DNA of 63,881 nt, counting the filler, from Chiloscyllium plagiosum (lineage: Eukaryota), in NCBI RefSeq assembly GCF_004010195.1. It is 5 parts of 2 records of this genome, joined end to end, with 100 filler letters (N's around TTAATTAATTAA, not from the genome) between each part and the next. Parts side by side here need not be neighbours in the genome. Positions count along the whole stretch, not along the records: positions 56,682 to 61,384 come from NC_057711.1; positions 61,485 to 63,881 come from NC_057712.1; 3 more parts are not named here. The stretch is one strand, 5' to 3'. This document shows, one piece after another, positions 61,204 to 63,881 of this stretch. The notes under the pieces are model-generated. The model was not told where the DNA came from. It was given only the letters and a program-made list of their open reading frames with translations, and did not search any database. The position numbers and the translations under genes are program-made. Positions within the stretch are counted from its first letter, which is position 1; every line of letters begins with the position of its first letter.

Positions 61204-61384
61204 TGCGTGGTGCCACTGTTTAAGAAGGGCACTAAAAACAAGCCAGGGAACTATAGACCAGTGAGCCTGACCTCAGTGGTGGGTACATTGTTGGAGGGAA
61301 TCCTGAGGGACAGGATGTACATGTATTTGGAAAGGCAAGGACTGACTAGGGATAGTCAACATGGTTTTGTGCATGGGAAATCAT
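61204..61384 (+). mobile_element. CR1 ORF2 fragment, cut by gap
   Basis: VVPLFKKG.K.KPGNYRPVSLTSVVG..QHGFVHGKS. Confidence 0.88.
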
Positions 61385-61484
61385 NNNNNNNNNNNNNNNN
61401 NNNNNNNNNNNNNNNNNNNNNNNNNNNNTTAATTAATTAANNNNNNNNNNNNNNNNNNNNNNNNNNNNNNNNNNNNNNNNNNNN
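61385..61484. other. Artificial scaffold linker
   Basis: 44 N + TTAATTAATTAA + 44 N. Confidence 0.97.
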
Positions 61485-61724
61485 GGGCAGAGGAGATGAC
61501 CTGGGGTGTGCAGTGAGTGAGGAGCAGAGGGGATGACCTGGGATGTGCTGAGAGAGGGGCAGAGGAGATGACCTTGGGTGTGCAGTGAGAGAGGGGCAGA
61601 GGAGATGACCTGGGGTGTGCAGTGAGAGAGGGGCAGAGGAGATGACCTTGGGTGTGCAGTGAGAGAGGGGCAGAGGAGATGACCTTGGGTGTGCAGTGAG
61701 TGAGGAGCAGAGGGGATGACCTGG
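61485..61724. repeat. ~38-bp minisatellite (about 6 visible copies)
   Basis: Unit gggcagaggagatgacct(t/g)gggtgtgcagtgagagag; abuts a gap, so the true length is unknown. Confidence 0.9.
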
Positions 61725-61840
61725 GCTCATGCCTGAAACGTCGATTCTCCTGTTCCTTGGATGCTGCCTGACCTGCTGCGCTTTTCCAGCAACACATTTT
61801 CAGTTCTGATCTCCAGCATCTGCAGTCCTCACTTGCTCCT
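61722..61840 (+). mobile_element. Penelope pLTR fragment
   Basis: gggctcatgcctgaaacgtcgattctcc..cagcatctgcagtcctcac. Confidence 0.72.
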
Positions 61841-62777
61841 CGTGTTTAACAGTTATCTAGCGGTTACGTCACACTTCGTAATCTGATATCTGGATCATTT
61901 TTGCCCTCTGTACAGATTTATTCTTTTTAACTTCCCGCTGCTTTGTGTTCTTCTCCAACCATTGTCAGCCGTCAATGTTGGCTATGTTCTTGGTGACCAG
62001 CCAGGAAAATCTGTGTGAAAACAGTTGGGGGTGACTTTGGCCATAAGTTTTCTACAGTTTTTAATGTGTAACTTTGGCTAGGCTTTGAGGGTAAGACCTA
62101 TGTCAGGGATTTGGTGCCTGAGTAATGAGAGGTGCTCACTTGTGTTCGTGAACACTTTTATCTTACTTATGCGTGAGCATCTGAAAGAATGTCATTGAAC
62201 AACCAAACAGCTGTGACCTTTCACTTTGTTTTATCATCTGACATTCAGTTAACTGTGACCTACTTTTCTTGTCGCATGGATCAGAGTTTGTGCAGATCAA
62301 GAACCTGGGTTGAAAAGTTATATAGTTTACAATTAAACCCGGCAAAGCTATTTTGTGGTCTATGCTTTTCTTCTTGTTAATAATGAAGTACCATTTAATC
62401 CAGCCTAACACTTGACATTTATAATGGTTTTAGTTATGGCCTGTGCTCAAATTTTACAAGGCATTGGATTAAAACAATACAGCTATGCATCAAGTGGTGA
62501 CAGCAAAATCTTTATATTTTTTATTTTAACTATATATTTTTAATGGTGGAATGTAGTGGGTGTGATGTTGGATAGACTGCAGAGGATGGAGCTGGCAATA
62601 AAAACAATCAATAGGGACATCAAAGATTGCACATAGTAATGGTATGGGCTGTGAATCTACAGAGTCATAATTCTTGAAAGCACTGTATGGTGATGAAGTA
62701 ACTTCCACATCTTGTAAAGAGAATAATGAATACAAAGTGTGGTTTGAAATATATATCTAATGCCATTATTTAAGTTT

Positions 62778-63076
62778 GATTAGATTAGATTCCCTACAGT
62801 GTGCAAACAGGCCATTCGGCCCAACAAGTCCACACCGACCCTCCGAAGAGCAACCCACCCATTCCCCTACATTTACCCATGACTAATCCGTCTAACACTG
62901 TGGACAACTTAGCATGGCCAATTCACCTAACCTGCACACCTTTGGACTGTGGCAGGAAACCCACGCAGATATGGGGAGAATGTGCAAACTCCACACAGAC
63001 AGTTGTCCAACCCAGGAATCGAACCCGGGTCCCTGGTGCTGTGAGGCAGCAGTGCTAACCACTGAGCCACCATGCT
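62778..63076 (-). mobile_element. HE1-type SINE
   Basis: Reverse-complement HE1. Confidence 0.9.
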
Positions 63077-63469
63077 GGAACCCTTAAGGTGCAGCATAAA
63101 GAAAAAATAGTTAATTATCAGGTCAGATCATTTGAAAACCTTTTCAAGTATCTAATTTTTTAAAAATATGGAAAATCAAGTAGTATGATTCTGTTTTTCC
63201 TCAGCTTTTTGACATTTATTGTGAAGTGAATTGTCAGCCTGTCCATATTGTCAGAATCTATCAACCATGTACTGATGAAAATTGGGCCTCTTTTGTGGTT
63301 TTTTTTTGCTGATTTTGTTGATTGCTAAGAAAGGCATTCATGATATCTGCCCTAAATGGTTAACAATGATGACATGATAACTCCAAGATAATTTTTTTTA
63401 TAACACACAAAAAACAGAAATTGCTGGAAAAACTCAGCAGGTCTGGCAGCATCTGTGGAGAGAAATCCT

Positions 63470-63881
63470 GTTACATATTGGCACTAATGATATAGCCAGG
63501 AAAAGGATCGAGGATATAAAAAGTGATTTCAGGGAGTTAGGATGGAAGCTGCAAAGCAGGACAGACAGAGTCGTGTTCTCTAGTTTACTACCGGTGCCAC
63601 GAGATAGCGAGGCAAGGAACAGGGAACAGGCGCAGCTTAACACGTGGCTGCGCAGCTGGTGTAGGAGGGAGGGCTTCAGATATGTAGATAATTGGGATGC
63701 CTTCTGGGGAAGGTGGGACCTGTACAAGAAGGACGGGTTGCATCTGAACTGGAAGGGGACCAATGTCCTGGGTGGAAGATTTGCTCGAGTTCAAGAGGGT
63801 TTAAACTAGTATGGCAGGGGGGTGGGAACCTGAGCTGTATACCGGAGGTGAGAGTTAATGCAGATGAGGCAATAGCAAGAG
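63470..63881 (+). mobile_element. CR1 LINE ORF1 C-terminal part (SGNH-esterase-like); element continues out of the window
   Basis: HIGTNDI..VVFSSLLPVPR..LN.WL..WCRREGF..DGLHLN..G; stop at 63807-63809. Confidence 0.88.

Noticed and set aside
19297..61484. Four identical TTAATTAATTAA palindromes
   Set aside because: Each is centred in exactly 44+44 N and gives stops in six frames, so it is an assembly linker and not biology. Distances across these gaps are unreliable.

Overview
Repeat-saturated, apparently intergenic or intronic DNA from a cartilaginous fish (shark/ray). This is inferred from abundant HE1-type tRNA-derived SINEs, CR1/HER1-type LINEs and a SacSINE1/Deu-like SINE. I found no intact host protein-coding gene, and every ORF I can recognise is a decayed retroelement or transposon. 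Contents: Tx1/L1-clade, RTE, CR1 (two families), L2 and Rex1 LINE remnants; Penelope-like elements with hammerhead-ribozyme motifs and fold-back ends; a full-length decayed Ty3/Gypsy element (8007-16029, minus strand, CAGAT TSD); a solo LTR; a TA-flanked MITE; a class III (ERV-L/S-like) retroviral pol; two tRNA pseudogenes; and four 100-bp N/TTAATTAATTAA/N scaffold linkers. The most unusual observations are: (1) two independent tRNA+HE1 SINE chimeras (Pro-CGG and Gly-TCC), each inserted as one unit; (2) repeated poly(A)-tailed insertions, mostly Tx1-like 3' ends, at the same TATA-like site in the Gypsy 5' LTR, plus an insertion at that site in the 3' LTR, suggesting site-specific targeting; (3) the ERV-L/S-like retrovirus; (4) a SINE head amplified into a ~21-copy minisatellite. 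All family names come from motif recognition by eye, not database searches. Boundaries of old repeats are approximate.
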